Part shown: positions 1-11,775 of the stretch, one piece after another
Numbering within the stretch: position 1 is the first letter of the stretch
Layout: every line of letters starts with the position of its first letter
NCBI GenBank assembly: GCA_018398765.1
Contig: JAHBMJ010000115.1
Location: forward strand, 1 to 56,521
Origin: Chromera velia
Lineage: Eukaryota
Length of the DNA: 56,521 bases
Direction: 5' to 3'
Position numbers and translations under genes: made by a program
The notes under the pieces: model-generated
What the model was told of the DNA's origin: nothing
The model's database searches: none
The model's input: the letters and a program-made list of their open reading frames with translations, nothing else

Positions 1-887
1 TGTATGCATGTTCACGTGTATATTGCAATTTCCCGTATGCAACGCTTCATGCATGTATTGCTGACATGTACAATTCGCTCGACGGCGCTCGATGGCGTGC
101 GCGGATCGATTTAGACTGGTATGATGCTGCGCGCGCCGCGCCTCTTCTCTCTGACCCTTAATACCTCCTCAATCGCATCCTTTTTCTTTTTTCGCGGAGC
201 GAACCCACTCTTACACATTCATTCATCATTCCCATTCACGATCATTCACGCACATGTACCTTCTTGTCTCTTCCGTTCTCTTTTGCCATCTTGCTTTGAT
301 TTGAGGTGCTTTCCTGACTACATTTGATCTCCGTTTAAGTTGCTTCCTTCGAACGTCTGGAGCGTTAACGCAGGCGAACACATGGACGTGGAATGATCTG
401 CCCCCCACTTCCGTCACCATCTGATGAATCCCTAGCTCACCTAAGCTCAGAGATCCACGCTTGTACATATACTTGTAAGTCTGGTCTTCCGGGAATGGTC
501 TCGAGTTCACAGATCTCTCTAGTCCGGACCTCGATGCTCACTCTCTATCTGTATTTCTAATTCTCGGTCAATCGGTCGATCGATCGCTCACGTGCACGTC
601 TGCTCTGTCTGTATCTGTCGTATTTCATGTAATACACTTGTCTGTATGTCCCGTACATGACATGCTCTTTGCTTTTCTGTCCACTCGCATTCAGTCTCTT
701 TCAGTTCTGCACTTTCTGTATGCATGTTCACGTGTATATTGCAATTTCCCGCATGCAACGCTTCATGCATGTATTGCTGACATATACAATTCGCTCAACG
801 GCGCTCGATGGCGTGCGCGGATCGATTTAGACTGGTATGATGCTGCGCGCGCCGCGCCTCTTCTCTCTGACCCTTAATACCTCCTCA
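1..887. repeat. Direct repeat with 716 bp period (1-171 matches 717-887); probably the end of a tandem array running off the window
   Basis: 1-171 and 717-887 align without gaps with 3 mismatches, all transitions. Confidence 0.9.
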
Positions 888-1881
888 GTTCTTGCATGCG
901 CTAGTTGTACTAGCTAAGTTACTTGAACTTGCTTCGTACCAGTGAAATGTAAAAACAAATGTGCAGACTGCATGCTAAACTCAGGCTACATGTCTCTGTA
1001 CGGTTGGTCAGAGCCTTAGACCTAGCCTTGACGGGCCTAGAGGCGGCTTACAAGCTTTAACCAACAGTTACCAACTCAACTAGCAACTCAATCATTGAAA
1101 TGAAATCAATAGAAGCTATGATGATGATAATGAAATTAAATGAATAAACTAATATAAAACTAAGACTAATGTAGTAGAACTAAATTTTTAAACCTAGATC
1201 TTAACCTAGATCACGACAACACTTTGTTTACAGCAAAACTTAGCAAATTGTATGAATTGCAGTATAATGTTAAGAACATCGATCTATATTCAAGTTCAAG
1301 TTATCATTCAACTTGAATCTAATTGTCACGATTCATTACAGAATCCGGATTCACGTGAGCTGTCGTATGAATGATGTGTTCACGGTTAAAGAAGCGCTTA
1401 CTGAAAACTTAAGGCATTCCTTTACGCGCCGCGAAAGAATGCAGAGGAGAGCGATGCGTATCGTAGCTTGTTGAAGTGAGGCAAAACCGCAGCAGGAAAT
1501 GAGACAAGAAGATCCCAACTCGATCGATCGATCCGTCGAGGGATTGAGCAGGGACTCATACTTCCTTCAAGTTGCTTGCTTCACAAATGCCCAAAGATGC
1601 GAATTGGCAGCTGAGTTTGGCATGAAACAAAAAGGGAGTGAGTGCTTCAGAAAACTTTGGTGCACCGTTGTTGGACGTTCTCTTGTCTCTTGATTGGATT
1701 CTCTTTTCGAGCTGTGAGTGAACTGGTGTGTCTGCACTCAGTTGGAGGATCAACGCAATTTAGTGCACTCTCTAATGATTGGTCGCTCGCCACTTGTGAG
1801 GGCTTGTCAAACTTCTTTCACATTTACTTCTTTTTGATTTGAACGGACTTCTTAAATGTGAGTGCACGATTGGTTGCTCAG

Positions 1882-2589
1882 TTAGTGCGAGGTCTCTGCC
1901 TGACACTTGACAATCAGCTGCTCCAGTTTGATGGCAGCCTTGATGCGCTTGTAGTCCTGCTCGTCGACCTCGAGCTTGAGCTTTCCGGATTTCTGATCGC
2001 TCTTCCTGAGTTTCTTCAAGTTCTCTGTCTGAACAGCTGAGCCCTTGAACTCTTCAATCTTCATCAAATCTTTCAGAAGATCAGCAGAGTCCTCCTCGAT
2101 GTCCTCCAATTTGTCCTTGATGCTGCGAATGCTCCTTCTCCAACTGGAGAAATACCAGCCTCCAGAGCAGGAAGGCACTTCCTCAACGTTGTCTTGGAGT
2201 TTCTTTCTCATCACGCCCGCAGCGTCCTTGTTGGACTCCAGGCGGGTGCGCATGGACTCACGGCGCTTCTGGACTTTCTCGAAGATGTCCTGGTAGGTCA
2301 TGGTGGGATCGGGCTCGTCACTCTTGTGGTGGGGCTCTGGCTCGTTCATCTCACCACCGTCGTCGTGGTGCATATCGTCGGGGATTGACTCTTCCCCGTC
2401 ATCAGCGAATTCATGGAAGTCTTCGCCTTCACCCCACTCGTCATCGCCCCAATCGAAGTCATCCCCTCCTTCCTCTGATGCAAGCTTCATCAGCTGCATT
2501 CGGGCCTGTGCGTCCATCTCCTTCTGGTGTCGGAGACCGACGCAAACGACTGCACATCCGATACAGAGGAGAAGCTTGAGGGTGACCAT
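1882..2589 (-). CDS. Secreted helical protein of unknown function, 235 aa, paralog A
   Basis: Intronless ORF with hydrophobic N-terminus MVTLKLLLCIGCAVVCVG, an acidic D/E linker, and a C-terminal ~135 aa domain that aligns with 3379-4023. Confidence 0.85.
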   Translation of the reverse strand: MVTLKLLLCIGCAVVCVGLRHQKEMDAQARMQLMKLASEEGGDDFDWGDDEWGEGEDFHEFADDGEESIPDDMHHDDGGEMNEPEPHHKSDEPDPTMTYQDIFEKVQKRRESMRTRLESNKDAAGVMRKKLQDNVEEVPSCSGGWYFSSWRRSIRSIKDKLEDIEEDSADLLKDLMKIEEFKGSAVQTENLKKLRKSDQKSGKLKLEVDEQDYKRIKAAIKLEQLIVKCQAETSH

Positions 2590-3378
2590 TTTTTTTTTTT
2601 TAGAGGACTGCTTGTGTGTTGAAAAACTGAGCCTCTTTAAATTGAGTTGACTTGAATTAGACCAATGAGTTCCCAGCTCTCTCTGTGAACGATTTCTGCC
2701 ACTCAGTGTAAAGGGAAGAGCAGCCTCTTCTTGGAGCTCGAGGATGGATTCGTTAAGTGGAGACTTGGGTGCTTCGATCGGTCGAATTAATATAATTGCT
2801 AGATATATTAAGATGTTATCTATCTAATTGTGCTGTACATGCATGCATGTACATCGACGTACGTATATATACGCAATTAAGGGAAAAAAATGTTTTTTTC
2901 ATCATTTATTATCTTGAGCACACAGTTTTTCTCGCCGGCATGCTCGATCGATCAGCATTATTAATGAAACCCATCTATTAACTTGTTGCAAATTCGAGCG
3001 CATGCAACTGCATGCATGATTTTAGTCTGTCAAAAAAGATCACTCTGGGATGCTCCAAGAATATATATAGCATACAGATGACCCTTGCCTCGGAATTCGC
3101 GAATACAGAACCCCGAATCTGTATCGACAGGTCTACAACTTTTTTTTTTCTTTTTAAATATAGTTTCTTTTTTAAAAATCATGCATGCATGCAAATTATA
3201 TAATTACCACGATCGATTTCAGGCACGATCGATCGAGCTTCGCTTTCGTTGTGGACAGGTCGCGAAGCCAACACCGCTTCTCCTTGTCAAAGCGGCAGAC
3301 AAAAGGCAATCAGGAGACAAACAAATCCACCAGTCGAAGCTCCAAGGCCCTCCACACTCAGTTGAAACTCAAAGCACA
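2590..3378. promoter_or_regulatory. Putative bidirectional promoter between the paralogs
   Basis: Divergent intergenic region with repeated TGCATGCA and CGATCG palindromes. Confidence 0.4.
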
Positions 3379-4023
3379 ATGCTGTCCAAGATTCTGCTGT
3401 TGCTGTCTGCGACTTGCGCAGTCTCCCTCTCAACCGATACAGCCGTTCCCTCTCCGGCACCTGCAGTGGACCCCTCTCTTCTGCAACAGCAGGAGAAGGA
3501 GGCAGAGAAGCAGAAAGAGGGACAGAAAATCTTCGGATTCTTCAAGTCCAAGACAGAGGAACTCCCTTCTGCAGGCGGAGAGATCGAGCCAGTCGATCCG
3601 GACTTCCCCATGGACGGCGTCTTCACCCGCGTGCAGCGCAGAAGAGAGAAGATGATCAAGCACCTGGAGGACACACAAGAAGCTGCTGACTACATGTTGA
3701 AGAAACTCCAGCACGAGGTCGAGGAGGTGCCTGCCTGCAAGAGAGGCTGGTACTTTTCTGAGTGGAGACGCGCCATTCGCAGCGTGAAGGGAAAGATTAA
3801 GAAGTACGACGCGGCTGCCAAGGACTGCAGCAAGGACCTGATGAAGATCAAGGAGTACAAAGGGGGGGAGGAGAGCGCTGCCAATCTGAATGCCCTCGAG
3901 AAGGCAGACAAGAAGGCAGGCAAGGAGGAAATGGACATGGACGAAATTGACTACAGACGATGGGAGGCCGCACACGCCCTCAAGGGTCTCATCGAGAAGT
4001 GCGTCGCCTCCACCTCCAAGTGA
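3379..4023 (+). CDS. Secreted helical protein of unknown function, 214 aa, paralog B
   Basis: ATG at 3379 gives signal-peptide-like MLSKILLLLSATCAVS; shares F.(K/R)VQ.RRE.M...LE, KKLQ..VEEVP.C..GWYFS.WRR.IRS.K.K, KDLMKI.E.KG and LI.KC with paralog A. Confidence 0.85.
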   Translation: MLSKILLLLSATCAVSLSTDTAVPSPAPAVDPSLLQQQEKEAEKQKEGQKIFGFFKSKTEELPSAGGEIEPVDPDFPMDGVFTRVQRRREKMIKHLEDTQEAADYMLKKLQHEVEEVPACKRGWYFSEWRRAIRSVKGKIKKYDAAAKDCSKDLMKIKEYKGGEESAANLNALEKADKKAGKEEMDMDEIDYRRWEAAHALKGLIEKCVASTSK

Positions 4024-4959
4024 AGCGGCTGCATTCCTCAACCTTCGTGTCTGTGGACCCGCGTCCTTTTTGTCCGCCTGCACGTCCCGCCATCTGCTCT
4101 CTGCACTGGGGGCAACACCAACACGCGGCAATCGCAAAAAATGAATCGTGGGGAAAGATCAGAAATCAGAGGGCAGAGAGAGTCATGTGCACACCAGCAC
4201 GGGACTCGCAGTGACCTCGCACTAAGTTTGTCAGCACCATAAGTATGAAGAAAATTAAGGAAACAACTTAAGACCAACAGGCAAGCTTTTGTTCTGAATG
4301 ACGTTAATTGATCTGCAGATCCAATTTAAAAACCATGAAGTACCGCTTATATAATTCATTTATTTCAAAGTTCAAAGTTGATTCACACGAATCACATCTA
4401 AATTAAGGATGTATCAGCATTTTTCTAGCCCTTTTCTCATTAATTTAAACGTGTCGTGCCCAGTCTGTTTGTATCAAGTCTCTAGTATAAAAAACTCAGC
4501 TAAGGGAGAAAAATTAAAAACGTCTTTAAATTGATTCTTTTGTTTAAGTCTAAAGTATATTCGACATTCGAAATTGGGGCGGGAGGCCAATCTTCCAAAC
4601 ACGAATCCACATTCGAATCTTATACTGAAACTCTGCAAGCTCTGCAGCCAAAAAGTCAATAGATGTAGAGGACTTTCCATACATATACCTTAGCAACAGA
4701 CTCAGCTTTTATATGCATTCAATAAATCCGAACAGATCATCAAACCTACACCTAGAAATCAAACTTTACCCACCATACAAGAAGTTCATCATTGATATAT
4801 ATGACAAAAAATTAGAACGGAAAAAGACGAATAATTCAATATGTAACCCTCAATTATCCTAGCAATCATTATATGTAACACTACAACAGTTTCTTCAATG
4901 CACACATTGGAGCAGAATTCCCAAAGAACCTCAGAAGAGACAGAGCACAGAGAGAATAT

Positions 4960-7900
4960 GGGAAGGAGGGGAGTGAAAGAAGGAAATGGGATGGTTCAGG
5001 GGATGTTTAAGGAGTTGGAATGCGGAGCACAAGTAGACGCTGAAGGTCGTACGTTGCTGCGGTTGTGTGAGGCCTCAAACTCGGTGCCGCTCAACGGCAT
5101 GAAACTAAAGGATCAAGAAAAAAAAATTAACATTGACTGTTTGGGGGGGTGTCCATTTTTTAGAGAAGGCAGGCCGTGCTCTGTAATTGACTTCATTTTA
5201 ATTGACCCTGCACTTTTGTCTTCTTGGAGACTTAGTTCTTTTGGAATTGAAATGCTTGCTGATACTGCCCCAGAACACTGCTCAGTTTCATGTAGCCTCA
5301 CTCTGGTTGATGTGGAGTCGCTTCCCCTCCCCGCCTCCCTTCCGTATCCCTCACTGATCCCTACCCCGCTTTTCAAGAAGCCGTGCAGAGTCTCACCAGT
5401 AAGGGATAGGGAGCTTACAGAGATGGCGACTTCCGTGCAGCAGCTTGCGGAGGTATGTTAGCCAGGTCTCTGGAAGGCAGGCCTGATGGCAGCTGAGGTT
5501 GAACACAATGAATTGCCCCTTTTATCGATTTCCCCCCCCCCTTCCCCCCCCCCATGACCCAATCCCTCCAGGCGCCTGCGTCTATCCCTGTTTCCCTGCC
5601 TGAGAGGATCAAAGACCTAGCAGGCAGATAGGAAGAGAAGCTAGCAGAACCGGAGGGAAAGAAGCAGAGGGGTAAGAAGAAACACGATAAAAGGAAAGAT
5701 GGACAGACAGCCGCCCCTTAGTGGGACAGTGAGTATAAAGAAATGAATAAACGGGTAAAGAGAGCAGAGAAAGAGCTAAGAACACAAGTCGTAGGCAGAA
5801 GGAGTAACGACAGGTCTAGAGAGTATAGAAAGAAACAGAAAGACAAGCTTATAAGAGAGAGGGAAAGGTTGATTGCAAGAAAGAAAGCAGCGTACGCGCG
5901 TGTGCAGGCAGAGCGCCTTACCTTGCAGGCGGCCAGTCAGCAGTATAGAAATGGAAGAGGGCACAACAGAACAGAGGGGATGGAGTGGGGAGCAGGCCTT
6001 CCGCAGATATTTTTTCAAACTTCTGGGCGTCTGTATTTGAAGGAGAAGGACTTCCCGGCTTTTCTCTCCCCTCCAGCCCCCCTCTCCCTCCTCAGTCGGA
6101 CTCCCCTTTCTTCTCTCTCTCTCTCTGTGCGAGAAAGTCATTAAAGAAATAAACCCTAAAAAGGCAGCCAGACTTGAGTGTCTCTTTCCTAAGTATACTG
6201 CTCTATGTTTTGGCTCATCGCGTCTCTCGCGTTTTCTTCTTTTTATCTTTTTTAATCTCTTTCATCTCTTCTCTTACTGGCTGCCCACATGGAATTTCCT
6301 TCGCATCGTTCCCGTTTCTAAAGGCCCTGTGTCTCCATTAGCGGATGAATGGAGGCCCATACACATAGCAAGCGTTCTTGCCAAGCTCTTTGCCCTACTT
6401 ATAGATTCTCGTCTCCATCTGAGAACGAGGATCGATGACAGACAGATAGGCTTTAGGAAAGGGGTCGGAACTAGAGAGGCGATTCATGCTTTGTTTGCTT
6501 TATCTAAAACTGCAAGAAACAAGAAGAGACCGTTGTTTGCTTCCTTTGTGGACTTCAGTAAGGCGTTTGACAAAGTAGACAAGAAAAAAATGATAGAGAG
6601 GCTTAAGGAAGAAGGGCTGGGGGAGGGGAATATTTGAATGATTTATACGATGTATGTCAAAGTAATGGGGAAGATTGAGGGCTCGGACAATATATTTAAG
6701 GAAAGAACAGGAGTTAAGCAAGGGGACCCACTCTCTCTTCTCCTTTTTGAAAATTCTTCTCTTTATCAATAATATCCATACCTCCATTAGCCTTCAATAC
6801 AGGGAGCTCTAGCAAGAAAAACAAGCAAACCTTCCCAAAGAAGCGAGCGCCCGATGGAGGGGGGAGTTAGAGGCTCAGCCCAGAGCCTTAAACTCCTCCT
6901 TCCCAGACACACCCCCAACAGAAGTGAGTTTAAGAGACCTACTGCTGGACACCATTGGATATGCCGATGACCTTGTCATCTTCAGACACTCCCCCTAAGA
7001 CCTCCAGAAGAGGATTGATCAGTTGGCTACCTATTATAACAAGTGGGGGCTGACGGTGAATCTAAAAAAGACAAAGGTGATGCGATTGGTAGGTAGAGGA
7101 GGGCCCCGGTGTAGCAGACTTCTTCTCTGACTCCGGAACCCTGGTAGCGTTTTGCTGATGGTAAGGTAACTAGTATGCTGAAGTCACTTGAGGTTCAGTA
7201 ACACTTTTCAGGAGTTTTCTTAAAGGCTGGAGAGTTGATGTCGGAAGTCCTCTGTCTGAGATAGGTCTGACGAAATGATAAGATGAAATTTGATTTTCAA
7301 CATCTCCTTCCGTTTGCTCTTCCCAAAATCCAAGTCTTTTGCTTTTCACTCTTTTATAAAGACTTCTATAATTACTTTCCTCTGTATTGATTTTACCCCT
7401 ATTCCTTCCAACACCGCTTCTTTCCCTCTTCCATTTTCTGTATTCCATTTTGGTCGGTCTCTATCTATTTCATTTTATTTTTCTTCTTTTTCCTTCCATC
7501 TTCTCTTCCTTTCTTTCTTCCTCTTCCTTATTTTTGACGAGGCTCCTGGAAGAGGCTCTTCCACTCGGATATGCCGTGGCCGGTCGAGGCCCCTGAAAGA
7601 GATTCTTCCAACTCTTCTTTCATTCTTTCTTCCATTTGCTCTGCCGTTCCTTCTTCCATTCCTTCTTCCATTCTTTCTTCCATAATAGAATTCAACAGTC
7701 TGTGCTATTCAATAGGTATAGACATCCCTATTAAAACTTCAAGGTCATTTTCTTTTTCTCAATATCTATTTACATCCTTATTTATTTTCTCCTTTCCTTT
7801 CACTTTTATTTCTCTTCCTCCTAGATCATACCAAGTAGGCTTTTAGCAGGCAAGACATACTAAGAAGTTATATCCTGTTACCACAGGCTACTTGGGAGTC

Positions 7901-9326
7901 CGTAACATCGGGTAGATGAAATTTGTTTCAAGGGTCGGACGGTCGAGTGGGTAGAGAGTTTCGGATATCTTGGCTGTCAAGGTTTTTCTGATGCAAACCC
8001 CCGCAAGTCTGTGACCGCCAAACTTGAAGCCGCAGAAAGGGGAGTTGGGAGAGCTATGGGTCTGTGTGCATCAATAGGTATGCTCTTCCCCCACAGTCGC
8101 ATGTCCCTTTTTAAAGGGACGTGGGAGCCCGCCGCCACCTATTCCCTTGAAGCTCTCCCCATTCAAAAATCTGACATCCGATGCTTAGACTCCCTCCAGC
8201 TTCGTTTTGTGCGTTGGTCTCTCCGTCTGCCCTGGAATAATTATTTTTTTATGTTTTCCACCCTTACAGCCGTTGGGCTGAGGCCCATGAGAGAGATTCT
8301 CAGTGTCAGAGTGGGGGAGTATTTGAGAAGTCTCTCCCTTGCTCGATTGGCTTTACCTCAAGCATTGTGGGCATGCCACAGGAGGGGGGAGTTAAAGGCG
8401 TGGTCGGGGTCTGCAAAAAAGCTTGTGTAACCCATCAGTCCTGCCCTCCTGGAAGGTGAACCAGATGAGGTCGATTTCAGAATATCAGATAGCAAGCTGA
8501 GAAGGGGAGCGAGAAACAGAGAGGTGAACGAATGGATGGGGGACTGGGTAAACCCGGTCTCCATCATAGAAAGGAGAGGGGGGAGGCAGGGGAGACAAGG
8601 AATACATGGGAGCATGTTTTTCCCTCCATCTGCTTGCCTGACCGAATATTAGAGGGAGAATAGTAGCAGCCAACGCTTTGCAAAATTGGTTCTCGGTAGC
8701 TTGGTGGAGGGGAGGGGGGGTTCATGGTCTGCCTCAGCGGAACCTCTCCCCAAGCAGTTCTTGTCTTCCCCCAAGGCAGTTTTCCGCCCTTTGTTGTACG
8801 CCATTGTTAGAGGGGGGGCAAACCATGGGGGGGGGGTTGAATCAATTTGTAAAGCCTGTGAAGAGAAAAGTTGGGAGAAATTGATTGACGATCCGATTCA
8901 CTGTCTGACAACTTGGGTCCGAACGGAGGGGCCGCGGGGGAGACTGAGTGATCTCTGGTATAACTGACTGAAGCGTATGTTGATAGAAGAAGTGTATGAG
9001 CACGGAGAGAGACAGGAAGCCCAAGGGGGTAGGGGGGTGGGGCAGGCCGAGGAGTGGGTAAGACGGTACTTCTTGCTTCTTCTTTAGAGGGATGCCCGAA
9101 AGGCCAGTGCCCTCATTACTGCATGCCTAGGACCGGACTGATCGATCCTGAGGAGCAGTGTTCTACTAGCTAGTAGTCTTAAAATTCGGCCGCTTTAGGT
9201 GAGCATTCGCTAGCGTGCTCCTAGCTTGCAAATTGCAATATGACATGAATGCTTACAGACTGCCCTTGCTTTGCCATTGGAATACGATGGCTGGCGGGTT
9301 AAGTCACCTTATCATCATCATCATCA
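4960..9326 (+). mobile_element. Decayed, 5'-truncated non-LTR retrotransposon (APE endonuclease + reverse transcriptase)
   Basis: APE C-terminal motifs EGRTLLRLCEASNSVPLNG and SVIDFILI (~5040-5210). RT motifs WRPIHIASVLAKLF, QIGFRKG, FVDFSKAFDKV (6350-6580), GVKQGDPLS (6710), YADDLV (6960), GLTVNLKKTKVM and FGYLG. Many stops and frameshifts. (ATC)n tail at 9311-9326. Boundaries are approximate. Confidence 0.92.
7110..7907. mobile_element. Solo LTR (798 bp) nested in the LINE RT region
   Basis: Begins TGTAGCAGACT and ends AGTCCGTAACA (TG...CA, 8/11 terminal inverted match). Flanks CCGG/TCGG form a 4 bp TSD with one C->T. Removing the insert and one TSD restores in-frame KTKVMRLVGRGGPR|VDEICFKGRTVEWVESFGYLG. 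Confidence 0.85.
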
Positions 9327-9916
9327 CAATGTACTATTATTATATTATTAATCGGTCTATAGGTCATCATGCAATGCATGAGTCTAGGACAATGCTTTAT
9401 TGCCCCTTTGCCAGACTTGCATCATACAACGGGAGGGAAAACAAATTTAGACGAACTTAACCCTAAAGAATTGGGAGTTGAATTGGGTGTCGAATTGGTA
9501 GTACTACCAATTTTTTACCGCCAGTAACTCCCAATTTTGAAAAATTGGTACCTAGTCTAGTGAAAGAAGTACATAAAGTTTGAAGCTAAAATTTTGTGTA
9601 CGGGCTAGACAAGGGCTCACTAGTCTCTAGCCATAGTTGTTAGACTCTAATTCATTACTAGGAACAAATTCTATGAACACTTAGAGTTACCTAAAAATTG
9701 GGAGTTACCAATTTTTAAATAAGAATTTTTTAGGACCGCCGAAAAAAAAATTGGTAGTACCAAAAAAAAAAAATTGGGAGTCAACTTGAAACTTTTGTTT
9801 TGTGTGTCATAGTGCACCGCTAATGCAATGCAAAACGGACAGTGGACAGCTCTATACAAGCTGCACGTACCAGTACAAAAAACAGAGCAAAAATCGATTC
9901 AATTGACCATGTAAGC

Positions 9917-10288
9917 CTACCAGAATTCATAATCCCTCCATATACCAGACAATGGCTGCTGATCTTTGTTCAGATCATGCCCCTCTCTCCCGAACATCTC
10001 CCACTTAGTGGTTTTCAGACGCCTCAAATGGAGATTACATTCCTTCTTCTTCTCCTCTGACAGATTTTGGGGGGGGACAACATGAGTGTACTGAAAAACG
10101 ACCAAGGAATCATCTGGGAAAATTCCGATGTCTGCCTTTTTTCTATGATCATCTGTGAGCTTTTTTAGCTCCAAAATCTTCACGGTGAACTTGATATCTG
10201 AAAACATTGCATCAGCAATGTTCAGCTCTCTCTCCACAGCAAATCTCTCCCGAAACTCGCTGGGGATGATAAATCCATCCTTATCCAT
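9917..10288 (-). CDS. Hypothetical ORF inside the TIR element (~123 aa from first ATG, MDKDGFIIPSEF...)
   Basis: Open frame of globular-looking composition in otherwise AT-rich element DNA; no recognised motif. Confidence 0.35.
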   Translation of the reverse strand: MDKDGFIIPSEFRERFAVERELNIADAMFSDIKFTVKILELKKLTDDHRKKADIGIFPDDSLVVFQYTHVVPPQNLSEEKKKECNLHLRRLKTTKWEMFGREGHDLNKDQQPLSGIWRDYEFW

Positions 10289-10341
10289 TTCGAGACGAGG
10301 GTGAAGCGAAAAAAGAGCTAGGACTTTTTTTTGTTTGGGCA

Positions 10342-10668
10342 ATGAATGAGAAGAAGCTCTTTCAGATGGAAGAATTGAATTCGTTTCTGTTTGATTCAGA
10401 TATGTGGCGAAAAACAGGGCTGCCCCCTACTCAGTGGGTCCGAGGGATTCTAAGAAACAATAGAAAGATTCAATTGGGCGCTGCAGATGTCAGACACGTT
10501 TTCCCTCACGTGGTTGAGTTCATGGAAAAAAGGTGCCCGGACATTTTTGTTGCAGAGAACCCTCCTGCTTGTTCTTTTTACTTACATTCGTGGATCTTTT
10601 CCACGTTGACAGGTCCAATCATGGATGAGAAACTTGTAGAGCTGAAGATGGTGATAAAGACTTGGTAA
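10342..10668 (+). CDS. Hypothetical 108 aa ORF inside the TIR element
   Basis: ATG-initiated open frame divergent from the previous ORF; no recognised motif. Confidence 0.3.
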   Translation: MNEKKLFQMEELNSFLFDSDMWRKTGLPPTQWVRGILRNNRKIQLGAADVRHVFPHVVEFMEKRCPDIFVAENPPACSFYLHSWIFSTLTGPIMDEKLVELKMVIKTW

Positions 10669-11559
10669 GACCTTTTTTACAAGTCTTATAGGTGGGCGGT
10701 CCCGAAGACTCACTTCTACTCGCACTTCCCGGTGTGGATCCGCCGGTTTGGGGGGTTGAACACAATGAAATGCTACGGCTTTGAATCGTATCATAAGAAG
10801 GTTTGCAAACCTTTTGTCCTATAGGGGGAACATTATTCATATGATCGTTTTATTCTGGAAGATCTGGTTTTTGCGTGGTTGTGCAAGAGAAAGAAAGCCA
10901 TGCAAGCAAATTTTGCCGATGTGTTACGCCGGGAGGGACTTCGAGCATGAATAACACTATGAAACTATACAAAACTTATGGATTTATGAAGTTCTGTACA
11001 GCCGTAACACTGTTTTATTACAGTGTTCTTTCTTTCCACATATATTTTACTTTCTAGGAGAAGTTATAAAATTGGTAGTCCCCCCCCAAAAATTGGGTGT
11101 TGATTTTCTTAAAAATTGGTAGTTAGTCCTAAAACAAAATTGGTAACTCCCAATTTTTAGGTGACTCTAAATGTTCATAGAATTTGTTCCTAGTAATGAA
11201 TTAGAGTCTAATGACTACGGCTAGAGACTAGTGAGCCTCTGTCTAGCCCGTACACAAAATTTTAGCTTCAAACTTTATGTACTTCTTTCACTAGACTAGG
11301 TACCAATTTTTTAAAATTGGGAGTTACTGGCGGTAAAAAATTGGTAGTACTACCAATTCGACACCCAATTCAACTCCCAATTCTTTAGGGAATCTAATTA
11401 AGAAAAAATCATTTCAGTGGATAAATTAAATTCATCAAGAACTCAACATAGAAAGAAAGCGTGATGCAATGTAGCTAGAGGTGTGGCAACGGTGCGTAGA
11501 TGAAGGAAGAGTAAGAGAGAGGCGGACAGGCTAGGAACGGATCTTAAATGCGGTTTCCC

Positions 11560-11775
11560 CCAAGAAAGAAAGAAAAAAAAAAAAAGAAAGAAGGAAGGAC
11601 GGAAGGAAGGAAGGAGGGAAGGAAGGAAGGAAGGAAGAAAGGAAGGAAGGAAAGGAGGATGGAAGAAAACAGGAAAAGGAAGGAAGGACAAGAGGAAGGA
11701 AGTAGGCAAGGAAAGTTTTTGAAGGAAATAGGAAGAAAAAAAAGTAGGGAGGGGAAGAACGAAAGAAGAAGGACA
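11560..11775. repeat. Purine-rich (GGAA)n-type degenerate microsatellite
   Basis: Visible GGAA/GAAA iterations. Confidence 0.85.

Larger units (their letters stand above)
9461..11390. mobile_element. Non-autonomous DNA transposon with 255 bp TIRs (CCCT...AGGG termini)
   Basis: 9461-9715 is the reverse complement of 11136-11390 with 8 mismatches. Repeated AATTGG motifs in TIRs and subterminal regions. Flanks TTAA|CCCT and AGGG|AATC (possible 2 bp AA TSD). No transposase recognised. Confidence 0.92.

Noticed and set aside
3085..3378. N-terminal extension of the 312 aa ORF
   Set aside because: Non-ATG start in AT-rich promoter-like DNA; the signal peptide begins at ATG 3379
9085..9190. Possible hammerhead ribozyme (CTGAGGAG, CGAAA) in the LINE 3' UTR
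   Set aside because: The core motifs are not in a workable order and I could not build the three stems
9461..9800. CRISPR-like reiterated AATTGG motifs
   Set aside because: Short irregular motifs inside a transposon TIR; no repeat-spacer periodicity, no cas genes, eukaryotic context
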